Shown here piece after piece: positions 8,806 to 19,868 of a stretch of DNA of 64,000 bases. The stretch comes from Terriglobia bacterium (GTDB lineage: Bacteria > Acidobacteriota > Terriglobia > Acidiferrales > UBA7541), in assembly GCA_963695545.1 (NCBI GenBank), contig OY968796.1, positions 3,552,001 to 3,616,000 on the forward strand. The letters run 5' to 3'. The position numbers were made by a program, and so were the translations under genes. The number at the start of each line of letters is the position of its first letter. Positions within the stretch are counted from its first letter, which is position 1. Under the pieces are notes generated by a model. It had not been told where the DNA came from and did not search any database. It saw only the letters and a list, made by a program, of their open reading frames with translations.

Positions 8806-11800
8806 CTAATCCGCGCTGGACGCCTGGCGCGTGCCGGTTGACTTACGCGCGTGCAGCACTTGAAGCGCGGTCACGTCGAGCGACTTTTCAATCAGCGCGC
8901 GAATGCCCTGGGTGGCCGCGCGCGCGGCGGACAACGTGGTGATGCACGGGATGTCGTAGCGAATCGCGGCGCGGCGGATCGATTTTTCGTCGTAAAACGA
9001 TTCGCGGCCCAGCGGCGTATTGATGATCAAATCCACTTTGCCGGTCTTCACCAGGTCCACGATGTTCGGGCGGCCTTCGTTCACTTTGTAGACTGGACTG
9101 GCTTCCACACCCGCGGCTTCAAGCGCAGCGGCCGTTCCGCGCGTGGCGATGATCTGAAATCCAAGCTCGACCAACTCTTTCGCCAGCGGCACGGCGTGGC
9201 GCTTTTCGTGGTCGCTAACGCTCAGGAAGATCGTGCCCTTGCGCGGCAATTTTTGGCCCGCCGCAATCTGCGCCTTGGCAAACGCGTGGCCGAACGTTTT
9301 GGCGATGCCCATCACTTCGCCGGTCGAACGCATTTCCGGGCCGAGAATTGTGTCCACGCCGCGGAATTTGCTGAACGGGAAAACGGGTGACTTCACGGCG
9401 AAGAAATCGCGCACCACGAGCTCCGCGACGCCGTCGGTTTCAATCACCGGCAAATTCAGATCGCGCAGACGCTTGCCGGTCATCAGTCGCGCGGCCATTT
9501 TCGCAAGCGGCACGCCGACCGCCTTGCTCACGTACGGCACCGTGCGCGAGGCGCGCGGATTCACTTCGAGCACGTAGACCGTGTCGCGCTGTACGGCGTA
9601 CTGCACGTTCATCAACCCGACGACATGCAATTCTTTCGCGAGTCGCTTGGTGTAATCGCGTATGCGCGCCAGCACCGAAATCGATAGGCTCACGGACGGC
9701 AACACACAAGAAGAGTCGCCGGAATGCACACCGGCCTCCTCGATGTGCTCCATGATGCCGCCGATAACCACGTCTTCGCCGTCGGCCAGTGCGTCCACGT
9801 CCACCTCGGTGGCTTCTTCAAGGAATTGATCGATCAGCACGGGCCGCGCCGGCCCCATCAGCGCCGCCTGCGCCACGTACTGCTGCACAGTATTGAGATC
9901 GTAAGCGATCACCATGGCGCGGCCCCCGAGCACATAGCTCGGACGAACCAAAACCGGAAGGCCGATTTCACCCGCCACGCGCGCGGCCTCCTCCGGCACC
10001 AGAGCCGTGGCGTTGCGCGGCTGCGGAATCTTCAGGCGCGTCAAAAGATGCGCGAAACGTTTTCTGTCTTCAGCCAATTCGATCGATTCGGGCGCCGTTC
10101 CGATGATCGGCGCGCCGTTGCGCTTGAGCTCGAGCGCGAGATTCAGCGGAGTCTGCCCGCCGAACTGCACGATCACGCCGTCCGGTTTTTCGCGATCGAT
10201 CACGGCGAGCACGTCTTCGAGCGTCAGCGGCTCGAAGTAAAGGCGATCGGAAGTGTCGTAATCGGTCGAGACGGTCTCCGGGTTGCAATTGATCATGATC
10301 GTCTCGAAACCATCTTCGCGCAGCGCGAACGACGCATGGCAGCAGCAATAATCGAATTCGATTCCCTGCCCGATGCGATTGGGTCCGCTGCCCAGAATCA
10401 CGATCTTGCGTTTGTCGTTCGGATCGGATTCGTCTTCCTGCTCGTAGGTCGAGTACATGTACGGCGTGTAGGACTCAAATTCCGCGGCGCAAGTATCCAC
10501 GCGTTTGAAAACGGGAGCGAGGCGCGCTTTCGTTCGCTCGTGGCGAACCGCCGCAGCCGTGGTCTTCCAAATTTGCGCGAGTTGCTCGTCGCTCGTGCCG
10601 TTGCGCTTGGCCTCGCGCAGCAGTTCCTCGGGCACCGTGTCCACAGTGACGGCCGCGAGCCGGCGATTCAGGCTGGCGATTTCTTCCATCTGCCGGATGA
10701 ACCACGGATCGATCTTCGTCAGGTCGGCGGCTTCCGATGGCGGCAGGCCGCGCTCGAGCGCCAGCAGCAACCAATGAATGCGATCGGGGCGCGCGGTGGC
10801 CAGCTTCTCGCGGAACAGCGACATCGGAACTTCGGCCGGAGCGCGCCACGGCGAGCTCGGCTCAAGCGAGCGAATGGCCTTCTGCAGCGATTCTTTGAAC
10901 GTCCGGCCGATGGCCATGACTTCGCCCACCGACGCCATCTGCGTGCCGAGCGCAGTGTCCGCGCCGGGGAATTTTTCAAATTGAAATTTCGGAATTTTCA
11001 CCACGACGTAATCGATGGTCGGCTCGAAGCACGAAGGCGTCTTGCGGGTGATGTCATTGGGAATTTCATCGAGCGTGTAGCCTACGGCCAGGCGCGCCGC
11101 GATTTTCGCGATCGGAAATCCCGTGGCTTTCGATGCCAGCGCCGAGCTGCGCGAAACGCGCGGATTCATCTCAATCACCACCAGGCGCCCGGTCGCCGGA
11201 TCGACGGCGAACTGAATGTTCGATCCGCCGGTCTCCACGCCCACTTCGCGAATAATCGCGGCCGCGGCGTCGCGCATGCGCTGATATTCCTTGTCGGTCA
11301 GCGTCTGCGCCGGCGCGACGGTGATCGAATCGCCGGTGTGCACGCCCATGGGATCCACATTCTCAATCGTGCAAACCACAACGAAGTTGTCGCGGAAGTC
11401 GCGCATCACCTCGAGCTCAAATTCCTTCCAGCCCAGCACCGATTCTTCCACCAGCGCTTCATGCACCGGGCTCACATCGAGCGCGCGCGCAATCGCCTCC
11501 GCGAACTCCTCGCGGTTATACGCGATTGAGCCGCCCGTGCCGCCGAGCGTGAACGACGGGCGAATCACCACGGGATATCCCAATTGATCGGCCAGCCGAA
11601 GCGCGTCCGACACGTTATTGACCAGCGCCGACGCCGGAACGTCCAATCCAACTTTCCGGCAAGCGTCCTTGAACCACAGTCGATCTTCGGCCACCTTGAT
11701 CGCGCGCAGCGACGCGCCAATCAGCTCGACGTGATGGCGTTCCAGCACACCGCTTTCGGCCAGTTCGACGGCAAGATTTAGCGCCGTCTGTCCGCCCACG

Positions 11801-12066
11801 GTGGGCAACAACGCCTGCGGCTTCTCTTTTGCGATGATCGCTTCGAGCGACGCGCGCGTAAGCGGTTCGATGTAAGTGCGCTCGGCCAATTCCGGATCGG
11901 TCATGATCGTCGCCGGATTTGAATTCACCAGCACAACTTCGTATCCATCGGCGCGCAACGCCTTGCACGCCTGCGAGCCCGAATAATCGAACTCGCACGC
12001 CTGCCCGATCACAATCGGCCCAGAGCCGATGATCAATATTTTCTTAAGGTCGGTTCGCTTGGGCAT
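8806..12066 (-). CDS. carB: Carbamoyl-phosphate synthase large subunit
   Basis: MPKRTD...[17 protein letters not shown], duplicated ATP-grasp halves, MGS domain. Confidence 0.97.
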   Translation of the reverse strand: MPKRTDLKKILIIGSGPIVIGQACEFDYSGSQACKALRADGYEVVLVNSNPATIMTDPELAERTYIEPLTRASLEAIIAKEKPQALLPTVGGQTALNLAVELAESGVLERHHVELIGASLRAIKVAEDRLWFKDACRKVGLDVPASALVNNVSDALRLADQLGYPVVIRPSFTLGGTGGSIAYNREEFAEAIARALDVSPVHEALVEESVLGWKEFELEVMRDFRDNFVVVCTIENVDPMGVHTGDSITVAPAQTLTDKEYQRMRDAAAAIIREVGVETGGSNIQFAVDPATGRLVVIEMNPRVSRSSALASKATGFPIAKIAARLAVGYTLDEIPNDITRKTPSCFEPTIDYVVVKIPKFQFEKFPGADTALGTQMASVGEVMAIGRTFKESLQKAIRSLEPSSPWRAPAEVPMSLFREKLATARPDRIHWLLLALERGLPPSEAADLTKIDPWFIRQMEEIASLNRRLAAVTVDTVPEELLREAKRNGTSDEQLAQIWKTTAAAVRHERTKARLAPVFKRVDTCAAEFESYTPYMYSTYEQEDESDPNDKRKIVILGSGPNRIGQGIEFDYCCCHASFALREDGFETIMINCNPETVSTDYDTSDRLYFEPLTLEDVLAVIDREKPDGVIVQFGGQTPLNLALELKRNGAPIIGTAPESIELAEDRKRFAHLLTRLKIPQPRNATALVPEEAARVAGEIGLPVLVRPSYVLGGRAMVIAYDLNTVQQYVAQAALMGPARPVLIDQFLEEATEVDVDALADGEDVVIGGIMEHIEEAGVHSGDSSCVLPSVSLSISVLARIRDYTKRLAKELHVVGLMNVQYAVQRDTVYVLEVNPRASRTVPYVSKAVGVPLAKMAARLMTGKRLRDLNLPVIETDGVAELVVRDFFAVKSPVFPFSKFRGVDTILGPEMRSTGEVMGIAKTFGHAFAKAQIAAGQKLPRKGTIFLSVSDHEKRHAVPLAKELVELGFQIIATRGTAAALEAAGVEASPVYKVNEGRPNIVDLVKTGKVDLIINTPLGRESFYDEKSIRRAAIRYDIPCITTLSAARAATQGIRALIEKSLDVTALQVLHARKSTGTRQASSAD

Positions 12067-12090
12067 GGTCAGTCGGCCACGCGCGCGCAA

Positions 12091-13314
12091 TCACGCGCGG
12101 GCATTGGTTGTCCCTTTCGCGGACGCGGGGCCGCGGCGCGAGGCGCCGGACGATTTCCAATCGGCCATCATCTTGGTGAATTGCGTGAACAAATAGCGCG
12201 AATCGTGCGGCCCGGGCGAAGCCTCGGGATGATACTGCACGGAAAATAGCGGCAGCGAGCGATGGCGCATGCCTTCGTTGGTCTGATCGTTCAAATTCAG
12301 GTGCGTGATTTCGACTTCGCTCGACGGCAGCGATTCCGGATCGACGACGAAACCATGGTTCTGCGCGGTAATCTCGACGCGCTCGCTCAAAAGATTCTTC
12401 ACTGGGTGGTTCGAGCCGTGGTGACCAAACTTCAGCTTGTAGGTCTTGCCGCCAAGCGCCAGCCCGCAAAGCTGATGCCCAAGGCAAATGCCGAACACCG
12501 GCACGCGCCCCACCAGTCCGCGAATCGATTCCACCGCGTACGTCGCAGGCTCGGGATCGCCCGGTCCGTTCGACAAAAACACGCCGTCTGGTTTACGCGC
12601 CAAAACGTCCGCGGCGGAAGTCTTCGCCGGCACGACCGTAACTTCACAATTGTGATCCACGAGCAACCGCAGAATGTTCTGCTTGATCCCGAAATCGTAC
12701 GCGACCACGCGAAAGCGCTGAGTTTCCTGCACGGTGCGATCCGGCTCAACGCCCTCGTGCCATGGAGACGCAGTGAGCTCGATCGAACCCTTCGACCACG
12801 CATACGCATCGCGGCAACTGACGCCCGAGGCGAGCTCGAGCCCCGCCATCGAAGGCAGCGCGCGCGCTTCGGCCACAAGTTTTTCCGCGGGAGTTCCGTC
12901 CGTCGAGACGATTCCGCGCATCGCGCCGGCGCTGCGCAAGTGGCGCACCAGCGCGCGTGTATCGAGTCCCCAGATCACCGGAATATTGTGGCGCGAAAGA
13001 TAAAGTTGCACGGATTCCGTGGATCGCCAATTCGAGGCCAGCGCCGAAAATTCGCGCACCACCAACCCTTCGATAAATGGGCGCGCGGATTCTTCGTCGT
13101 CCGCGTTCGCGCCCACGTTGCCGATTTCCGGATACGTGAGGCAAACGATTTGCCCCGCGTAACTCGGATCGGTGAAGACCTCCTGATAACCCGTCAGGCT
13201 GGTATTGAAGACGACTTCACCGCCGCGCCGCGTGCGCGCGCCCGCACCTTTACCCACGAATAGCCGCCCGTCCTCGAGCGCGAGGATCGCCGGCCATGCA
13301 GCCGAATCGCTCAG
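12091..13314 (-). CDS. carA: Carbamoyl-phosphate synthase small subunit (start ambiguous)
   Basis: [34 protein letters not shown]. The conserved AILALEDG lies upstream of the ORF-track GTG start at 13257. Confidence 0.95.
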   Translation of the reverse strand: MSDSAAWPAILALEDGRLFVGKGAGARTRRGGEVVFNTSLTGYQEVFTDPSYAGQIVCLTYPEIGNVGANADDEESARPFIEGLVVREFSALASNWRSTESVQLYLSRHNIPVIWGLDTRALVRHLRSAGAMRGIVSTDGTPAEKLVAEARALPSMAGLELASGVSCRDAYAWSKGSIELTASPWHEGVEPDRTVQETQRFRVVAYDFGIKQNILRLLVDHNCEVTVVPAKTSAADVLARKPDGVFLSNGPGDPEPATYAVESIRGLVGRVPVFGICLGHQLCGLALGGKTYKLKFGHHGSNHPVKNLLSERVEITAQNHGFVVDPESLPSSEVEITHLNLNDQTNEGMRHRSLPLFSVQYHPEASPGPHDSRYLFTQFTKMMADWKSSGASRRGPASAKGTTNARA

Positions 13315-13330
13315 TGGGACCTCCCGTTGT

Positions 13331-13924
13331 TCATTTCGCCAAATCGTCCGAAGGCGGGATTGAGCCGAAGCGATCCATCGGCCAATACGCGAAGACGGCC
13401 TTGCCGTAAATCAGACTATCGGGCACCGGCCCGAAGATGCGGGAATCGCTCGAGCTTACGCGATGATCGCCCAACACGAAGTATTCGCCCTCGGGAATCT
13501 GGAACGGCCCGTAGTTGCCGAGATCGACGTACTGCGGCGGAACATAAGGCTCGCCCAGGTGCCGCCCGTCAACGAAAACGCGGCCGCGGCGAATCTCAAC
13601 CGATTCGCCAGGCAATCCGATCACGCGTTTGATGAACGATTTCGAGCGGTCCAGCGGATACCAGAACACCACCACGTCGCCGCGCCGGATCGGTTCGAAC
13701 CGATAAACAAACTTGTTGATGAAAACACGCTCTTGATCGGAAATCAGCGGCGCCATGCTCGTGCCTTCCACCCTCACCGGCTGATAGAAGAACACGACGA
13801 TGACCATCACCAGCGCAAGGAACACCACCAAATCGCGCGTCCACGCGCGCGCTTCGCGGCGCAATGGATGTGACGCGCGCGGTTCTTCGGGTGCGGCAAC
13901 AGTCGGCGGAGGTGCTGGGTCCAT
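13331..13924 (-). CDS. lepB: Signal peptidase I
   Basis: TM helix, EGTSMAP (Ser), [10 protein letters not shown] (Lys), [11 protein letters not shown]. Confidence 0.93.
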   Translation of the reverse strand: MDPAPPPTVAAPEEPRASHPLRREARAWTRDLVVFLALVMVIVVFFYQPVRVEGTSMAPLISDQERVFINKFVYRFEPIRRGDVVVFWYPLDRSKSFIKRVIGLPGESVEIRRGRVFVDGRHLGEPYVPPQYVDLGNYGPFQIPEGEYFVLGDHRVSSSDSRIFGPVPDSLIYGKAVFAYWPMDRFGSIPPSDDLAK

Positions 13925-13997
13925 AATTTTCGGCGCTAATTAGTTATACCATGACGCGCCGTGCTGCGTCACGACGTGCGCGCCGCGCCAAAAAGAT

Positions 13998-14882
13998 TTA
14001 TTGACCGGAAGTTTTCTTCGCGGGAAACAACGAAAAATCGTGGGTCACGCCGAACGTCCAGCCGTACGAGGGATCGTACTGATAGATGCCTTTGATTGCG
14101 GCCACGTCCCACACGAATCCGCCGGCCGCCACATCCACACCCAGGCGCGCCTGCCCCCGGCTTTCGGTGCCGTAGAGCGCGCGCACGATTTTTCTCGGTG
14201 TGTAGCGTCCGTTCACTTCTCCCACCAAATGAACGCGCTCGCCCAGCGGATAGCGGAACGCCACGCCATAAAGTATCTCGTCGTTTTGGGAATACAATGC
14301 GCTGGGCGCCGTCATGATCTCAAGGCCGAGGTTGCCGAAGGTATCGAGCTCGCGGAAGTGACGCTCCCATTCGATGTCGCTATAGATGTCCGTCGCATTG
14401 TTTCCGATACCGCGCGTTTGATCTGAGTTCGGCATGATGAATCCGAAGCGCATGGCCATCGCAGGACGCCGTCGCCCTTCGCCAAAAAAGCGTGCCTTCG
14501 CGCTCATCGAGAAATCACCAACGTCGTGCGTCGAATCCGGCCCCGTCAGCTCAAGCGCCGGTACAAACGACGCGCCTTGTTCCTTAACGTCCAAGAATTC
14601 CTGCGCCACACCCGCGAGCTCCACTTCGACCGTGCCGCCAATTCCCAGCCGAACGTCCAGGTCGCCGACATTGGTCAGGTCACCCGAAAGCCCCGACAGT
14701 GGATACGAAATATTCTGGAGAAAATCGAAGCCGGTCTCTACCCGCACCGTCCCTGCAGGCACAACCTCGGCGTCGGGAGTCTGCAGCGGACGATCCTGCG
14801 CGGAAGCGCGATGCAGCGGAAGCAAAAGTGCGCCTGCCAGAAGCAGACTGACAGCGATGCGGCTGGGAGAGAGACTCAGCAT
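13998..14882 (-). CDS. Exported hypothetical protein, probable outer-membrane beta-barrel-like
   Basis: Signal peptide (ASA-Q), DRPL, alternating beta-strand pattern with aromatic C-terminus. Start uncertain. Confidence 0.6.
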   Translation of the reverse strand: MLSLSPSRIAVSLLLAGALLLPLHRASAQDRPLQTPDAEVVPAGTVRVETGFDFLQNISYPLSGLSGDLTNVGDLDVRLGIGGTVEVELAGVAQEFLDVKEQGASFVPALELTGPDSTHDVGDFSMSAKARFFGEGRRRPAMAMRFGFIMPNSDQTRGIGNNATDIYSDIEWERHFRELDTFGNLGLEIMTAPSALYSQNDEILYGVAFRYPLGERVHLVGEVNGRYTPRKIVRALYGTESRGQARLGVDVAAGGFVWDVAAIKGIYQYDPSYGWTFGVTHDFSLFPAKKTSGQ

Positions 14883-14984
14883 CACGCTAATTGGCATGAT
14901 GCCGGTAGGCGTAAGCGGCGTCAAGCCCGCGTTACAGCGCTTCGGCTTCACGTTCGAGCGTCGCAGTCACTCGCTCGGGACTTT

Positions 14985-15728
14985 TCATCCCAGCGCAAAT
15001 ACGATCGCCGCAAGCGCAGCGCAAACCGCGGTCTCCGTGCGCAGAATATTTTCGCCGAGCGAAGCCTCGGCGAATCCGCATCCGGCCGCGGCCGCAAATT
15101 CCGCATCCGTCCATCCGCCTTCGGGCCCGATCGCGAGCGAAACCGCGCGCGGTGTGGCCCTCGATTCTTCGTCGCCCTCCACACGCACCGGAACCGCCAC
15201 GCGCAGGGGCGCCGCACCCGCGCGCTCAGAAAGCATGATTCGCAGACTGCGCGTGTCCACCGCGCGAAACGCTGCGAGCGGCGTAGCAACCGCAAGCAGC
15301 TCCGGCGCACGCATCCGCCGCGATTGCTGCGCCGATTCGTGCAGAATCCGCTCACAGCGCGGCGCGCGCTTCGGCGCGGCCGCCACAAGCGCGCGTTCGC
15401 TTCGCTCCGAATCGAGAGGAACAATTTCCGAAACGCCCAGCTCCGTGGCCTTCTCGAGCGCCCACTCGAATCGATCCATTTTCACGATCGAAAGCAGCAG
15501 GCGAATCGCCAGGCGCGGTTCCGCCGCCGGCAAGCGCTCAACCAGCGCAAAATCGATTCGCTCGCGCGCCACGCGCTCAACGCGCGCGAGCCACAATTCA
15601 CGGCCGTCGCTCAATTCGTAAAGATGTCCCGGCTCCGCCCGCAAAACTCGCGCCAAGTGCGCCGCGGATTCCCCGCGCAAGGCCGCTACATTTTCGGCAA
15701 ACCCATCGACAAAGAATCGTCGCCGCAT
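14985..15728 (-). CDS. rsmE: 16S rRNA m3U1498 methyltransferase
   Basis: HLARVLR, EKATELGV, IGPEGG, LGENILRTETA. Confidence 0.95.
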   Translation of the reverse strand: MRRRFFVDGFAENVAALRGESAAHLARVLRAEPGHLYELSDGRELWLARVERVARERIDFALVERLPAAEPRLAIRLLLSIVKMDRFEWALEKATELGVSEIVPLDSERSERALVAAAPKRAPRCERILHESAQQSRRMRAPELLAVATPLAAFRAVDTRSLRIMLSERAGAAPLRVAVPVRVEGDEESRATPRAVSLAIGPEGGWTDAEFAAAAGCGFAEASLGENILRTETAVCAALAAIVFALG

Positions 15729-15754
15729 AACGAGTATGTTATATCAACAAGACC

Positions 15755-16975
15755 ATGCGAATGCGCGGACCGGGCAGGAACAGATTTCGTTTTCTGGTTG
15801 CGTTGTCTCTCCTTGGATTTGTCATTTGCGCCGGCGCGCTTGCGCCCGCGGCGCGCGCCACACCTCCACTGCCCGCGGCTACACCAGTCATCGTGGATAC
15901 CGACGCCGGCACGGACGACCTGCTGGCTCTGGCATTTCTTTTGGCGCGGAAAGACGTGCACATCGAAGCCATCACCGTCGTCAACGGACTTGCACATGTT
16001 CCCAACGGAGCGGCGAATGTACTCGCGCTTCTGCAACTCGCGGGCCGCACTGACATTCCCGTGTATATGGGAAGCAGCGTGCCGCTCGCCGGCCACGCCG
16101 CGTTCCCCGCCGCCTGGCGCAAGATAGCCGACGAATTGCCGGGAGTGGATTTGCCAAAAACACAAGCGAAGCCACAAGCGCAATCGGCCGTTTCGTTTCT
16201 GGTGCGGCGCCTCTCCAATTCAAAACGCCCCGTGCGAATTCTAGCGCTTGGCCCGCTCACGAATCTTGGCGCCGTGCTGCGCCAGGAACCGTTTGCCGCG
16301 CAAAGCATCGAAGAAATCGTAATTATGGGCGGCGCCGTAAACGTGCCGGGTAATCTGGGCGATGGCGGCGTTTTCAAAACCGAAAACAAAACGGCCGAAT
16401 GGAATTTTTATATCGATCCGCTGGCGGCTTCCATCGTGTTCAGCTCGAAGGCCCCGATTCGCCTGATTCCGCTGGACGCGACGCAGCAGGTTCCGATTCA
16501 CGCGGATTTCGTCAAGACGCTGCAATCTGGAGGGAAAGGCACTCTCGAACAATTTGCGGCGCAAGTTCTCGCGGTCGACACGACTTCGATTCGCGAGGGA
16601 TATTTCTACGCATGGGATCCGCTGGCCGCGGTGGCGCTGGTGGATGTTGACGTCGTACGCGTCACGCCCATGGCGATCGAAATCGAGATGACCGGAAATG
16701 AGCAGGGCCGCAGCGTCGAGCTGCAAACTGGCGCGCCGAACGCGCGCGTCGCGCTCACGGCCGACGCGGCGCAATTCCGTCGCGAGTTCCTTGACGCGCT
16801 GGCCGCCGCGCCAGCAGCGAAGCAGCCGCCTCCAACTACTGCGCCAGCGGCAAAGGTGCCGCCAAGCACTGCGGCGCCGCCCGTAAACCCCGCCGCACCC
16901 GCGGCACCGGCGACTCCGGCGCCGCCAAAACCGGCGCAGGCCGCGCCCGCGGCACCGCCCAACGGCAAACCTTAA
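15755..16975 (+). CDS. Inosine/uridine-preferring nucleoside hydrolase family, with signal peptide and Pro/Ala tail
   Basis: DTDAGTDD, LGPLTNL, MGG, AEWNFYIDP, WDPLAA. Confidence 0.9.
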   Translation: MRMRGPGRNRFRFLVALSLLGFVICAGALAPAARATPPLPAATPVIVDTDAGTDDLLALAFLLARKDVHIEAITVVNGLAHVPNGAANVLALLQLAGRTDIPVYMGSSVPLAGHAAFPAAWRKIADELPGVDLPKTQAKPQAQSAVSFLVRRLSNSKRPVRILALGPLTNLGAVLRQEPFAAQSIEEIVIMGGAVNVPGNLGDGGVFKTENKTAEWNFYIDPLAASIVFSSKAPIRLIPLDATQQVPIHADFVKTLQSGGKGTLEQFAAQVLAVDTTSIREGYFYAWDPLAAVALVDVDVVRVTPMAIEIEMTGNEQGRSVELQTGAPNARVALTADAAQFRREFLDALAAAPAAKQPPPTTAPAAKVPPSTAAPPVNPAAPAAPATPAPPKPAQAAPAAPPNGKP

Positions 16976-16999
16976 ATCGCTGCCAACACAGCCGAGGAT

Positions 17000-18145
17000 T
17001 TAGCCGAAGATGTCTTTGACTTTATCGAAGAAGGAAGTCTCGCGCTCGACGGGACGATTTTCCACTTGCAAGGTTTGGCCGAGTTGCTCGAGCAGGCGGC
17101 GCTGATCGCGCGTGAGCTTGGCCGGCGTGACCACGCGTACATTGACGTATAAATCTCCCTTGCCGCCGCCATGCGGATCGGGCAGGCCCTTCCCTTTCAG
17201 GCGAAAGATCGAACCGGTTTGCGTCGACTCCGGAATTTTGACGCGCTCTTCGCCCGCGAGGCCGGGCACGGTGATCTCCGCGCCGAGCGCGGCTTGAGCG
17301 ACGCTGATCGGAATCGTGCAATATAAATCCGCGTTGCGGCGTTCAAAGAAAGCGTGCTCGCGAACTTGCAGCACCACATACAAGTCGCCCGGCGGGCCGC
17401 CGTTCGGCCCGCGCTCGCCTTCGCCGGGAACGCGCAAGCGCGTTTCGGAATCGACGCCGGGCGGAATGCGCAATTCGATCATGCGCACGCGCTCCACGCG
17501 CCCTTCGCCGCGGCAGTCGGCGCATTTTTCGCGCACCACCTGGCCCGCGCCCTGGCACGCAGGACATGTGCGCGAGATGGCGAAGAATCCCTGCTGGTAA
17601 TGGAGCTGCCCTTTCCCGCCGCACTGCTGGCAAGCGGTCACGCCCGTGCCGGCCTTGGCTCCCGTGCCGTTGCATGCTTCGCAGAATTCCTGGCGCGGCA
17701 CGCGAACTTTCGTCGTCAGACCGGCGGCGGCTTCCTCAAAACTCAACTGCATGTCGTAGCGCAGGTCGGCGCCGCGCTGCGCGCGTCCTCGCGAGCGGCG
17801 GCTGCGGCCGGAGAAAATATCCTCGAAGCCGAAAAAATCTCCGCCGAAGATGTCCTGGAACTGCTCGAAGATCGATTCATTGATTCCGCCGTCAAAGCCG
17901 CCGGATGAAAGGCCGGCGTGGCCGTAGCGATCGTAAGCGGCGCGTTTGTTGCCGTCGGAAAGCACGCTATACGCTTCGGTGGCTTCGCGGAAACGCTCTT
18001 CAACGTCTTTCTTGTTGCCGGTGGCGTGGCGATCCGGGTGCCACTTGAGCGCGGCTTTGCGGTAGGCGGACTTCACCTCTTCCGCCGTGGCCGTGCGCGT
18101 GACGCTCAAAACCTCGTAGTAATCGCGTTTGTTCGTGGTCGCCAT
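17000..18145 (-). CDS. dnaJ: Chaperone DnaJ
   Basis: J-domain HPD, four CxxCxGxG repeats, C-terminal domain. Confidence 0.97.
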   Translation of the reverse strand: MATTNKRDYYEVLSVTRTATAEEVKSAYRKAALKWHPDRHATGNKKDVEERFREATEAYSVLSDGNKRAAYDRYGHAGLSSGGFDGGINESIFEQFQDIFGGDFFGFEDIFSGRSRRSRGRAQRGADLRYDMQLSFEEAAAGLTTKVRVPRQEFCEACNGTGAKAGTGVTACQQCGGKGQLHYQQGFFAISRTCPACQGAGQVVREKCADCRGEGRVERVRMIELRIPPGVDSETRLRVPGEGERGPNGGPPGDLYVVLQVREHAFFERRNADLYCTIPISVAQAALGAEITVPGLAGEERVKIPESTQTGSIFRLKGKGLPDPHGGGKGDLYVNVRVVTPAKLTRDQRRLLEQLGQTLQVENRPVERETSFFDKVKDIFG

Positions 18146-18151
18146 GAATCG

Positions 18152-18748
18152 CTAGTTCGCCTTCTTCGCAGAGTGCAAACGTCCGCCGGGAACATCTTCG
18201 GCGGGATGCACCGCTACGCGCACGCCGCTCGGCCGCAGCACGCGATCGTGAATGCGATAGCCCTGCTGCAGAACTTCGACGACCGTGCCGTCGGGGTGGT
18301 CGCGCGTTTCCACGCGATCAATCGCCAGATGAATGTGCGGATCGAACGGTTTCCCCGCGGCATCGATGCGCTCGAGACCATGCCGCGCGAGCGTGTCCCA
18401 CAGCTGCTTGTAAATTATTTCGAGGCCTTTGCGATATTCCTCGTAGGCCGGATCGTCGTGCGCGCTCAGGGCACGCTCGAATCCATCGAGCACGGGCAGC
18501 AGATCTTCGATCAGGCGCGATTGCGCGCGGCGGCTCTCGTCTTTGCGCTCGCGCTCGATGCGCTTGCGATAATTCTCGAAATCGGCCTGGCGGCGAACCA
18601 ACGTCTCTGTGAGCGCGTCTCTTTCGGCTTGCAGCTTCGCGAGTTCTTCGGCCTGCGCGTTCAGCGCGCCAGACGATGAAGCGGCTTCGGGTCGCAAGTC
18701 CTCGCCGTCGTCCGGATTTTGGTTTGGTCTATCGCCGCGTTCGTTCAT
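18152..18748 (-). CDS. grpE: Nucleotide exchange factor GrpE
   Basis: ADFENYRKR, FDPHIH, QQGYRIHDRVLRP. Confidence 0.96.
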   Translation of the reverse strand: MNERGDRPNQNPDDGEDLRPEAASSSGALNAQAEELAKLQAERDALTETLVRRQADFENYRKRIERERKDESRRAQSRLIEDLLPVLDGFERALSAHDDPAYEEYRKGLEIIYKQLWDTLARHGLERIDAAGKPFDPHIHLAIDRVETRDHPDGTVVEVLQQGYRIHDRVLRPSGVRVAVHPAEDVPGGRLHSAKKAN

Positions 18749-18754
18749 AAGTTA

Positions 18755-19798
18755 TCAGCTCCTGCCCGCGCTTTCACTAAACAACCGCGCCACGTAAGCG
18801 ACGGCGGTGATGGCGCGCTCATAATGCATGCGCACGGGACCCAGAACTCCGAGCGAGCCCTGCGCTTGATCGTGCCAGGCGTAGGGCGCGCTGATCAGCG
18901 TGAGTTGCCCGCCGCCCGTGCTGATTCCGGGCACTCCGATTTGAACTTGCACGGCTTCCGGCGCGTCAATGCAGCCGGAAAGCAGCGCCACCAATTTTTC
19001 GCGCTCTTCAATCGCGGCAAGCATTTCGCGCAATTGCGCTTGATCGGCAAAATTCGGGGCGGCGGCCATCTGCGCCGCGCCCTCCACGTGCACTTGCGGC
19101 GCTTCGTTTTCGCCAAGAAGCCGCGGATCGCACAACTCGAGCGCATTGCGCACCAATTGATCGTAGCGCTCCTGCTCGCGCGCGAGTCGCGCCAATAAAT
19201 CGGCGCGAATGGTGACGAGCGTGCGTCCGGCGTATTCGCGATTCAGGTATTCGGCCGTGCGGTCGAGATCAGCCTGAGAAAACGCGCGCGTCGGGCGAAT
19301 AATTTTGTCGCGGGCCACGCCCCCCGCGGAAACCAGCACCGTCACCACGCGCCCATCCGGCAAGAGCATGAAGCGAATGTGTTCGAGCACCGATTTCGCA
19401 AGCGACGGCGAAACGATGATACCCAGTCCGCGCGACATGGACGCAAGCACATGCCCGGCTCGTTCGGCGACTTCCGCCGGCGTGGTACCGAGCGCAAGCT
19501 CCGAGCGGATCCAAGCTTGATCCTCGGGGTCGAGCTTGGCTTCGGCCGAAACAACCTGCGCGAAATAGCGGTAGCCCGCCGCGGTCGGCACGCGCCCCGC
19601 GGAAGTGTGCGGCTGATACAGAAAGCCTTCCTCTTCGAGCTCGGCCATGGCGTTGCGCACTGAAGCGGGGCTCAATGATTCCGGATGGTTCTGCGCGATG
19701 GCGCGCGAGGAAACCGGCTGCCCGCCCTCGATATAGGCGTGGACCACCGCCGTCAAAATCTGCTGTTTTCGCTTCGAGCTGGGCGCTGTTGAATCCAT
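18755..19798 (-). CDS. hrcA: Heat-inducible transcription repressor
   Basis: SPASVRNAMAELE, QPHTSAGRVPT, LGVLGPVRMHY. Confidence 0.96.
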   Translation of the reverse strand: MDSTAPSSKRKQQILTAVVHAYIEGGQPVSSRAIAQNHPESLSPASVRNAMAELEEEGFLYQPHTSAGRVPTAAGYRYFAQVVSAEAKLDPEDQAWIRSELALGTTPAEVAERAGHVLASMSRGLGIIVSPSLAKSVLEHIRFMLLPDGRVVTVLVSAGGVARDKIIRPTRAFSQADLDRTAEYLNREYAGRTLVTIRADLLARLAREQERYDQLVRNALELCDPRLLGENEAPQVHVEGAAQMAAAPNFADQAQLREMLAAIEEREKLVALLSGCIDAPEAVQVQIGVPGISTGGGQLTLISAPYAWHDQAQGSLGVLGPVRMHYERAITAVAYVARLFSESAGRS

Positions 19799-19868
19799 GT
19801 TGTTCAGCCGGCAAACACCGCTACATTTATTCTAGCATTGTTGTAAAGAGCTTGAGCGCGACGAGCCA

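Noticed and set aside
9724..11529. Long antisense ORFs (also 14526-16127, 21994-23607, 29053-30666, 56861-58213)
   Set aside because: Shadow ORFs opposite well-supported genes, expected from GC-rich codon bias; no recognisable motifs.
19800..19868. CIRCE operator upstream of hrcA
   Set aside because: Only a partial half-site (CTAGCA) is present; there is no TTAGCACTC-N9-GAGTGCTAA dyad.
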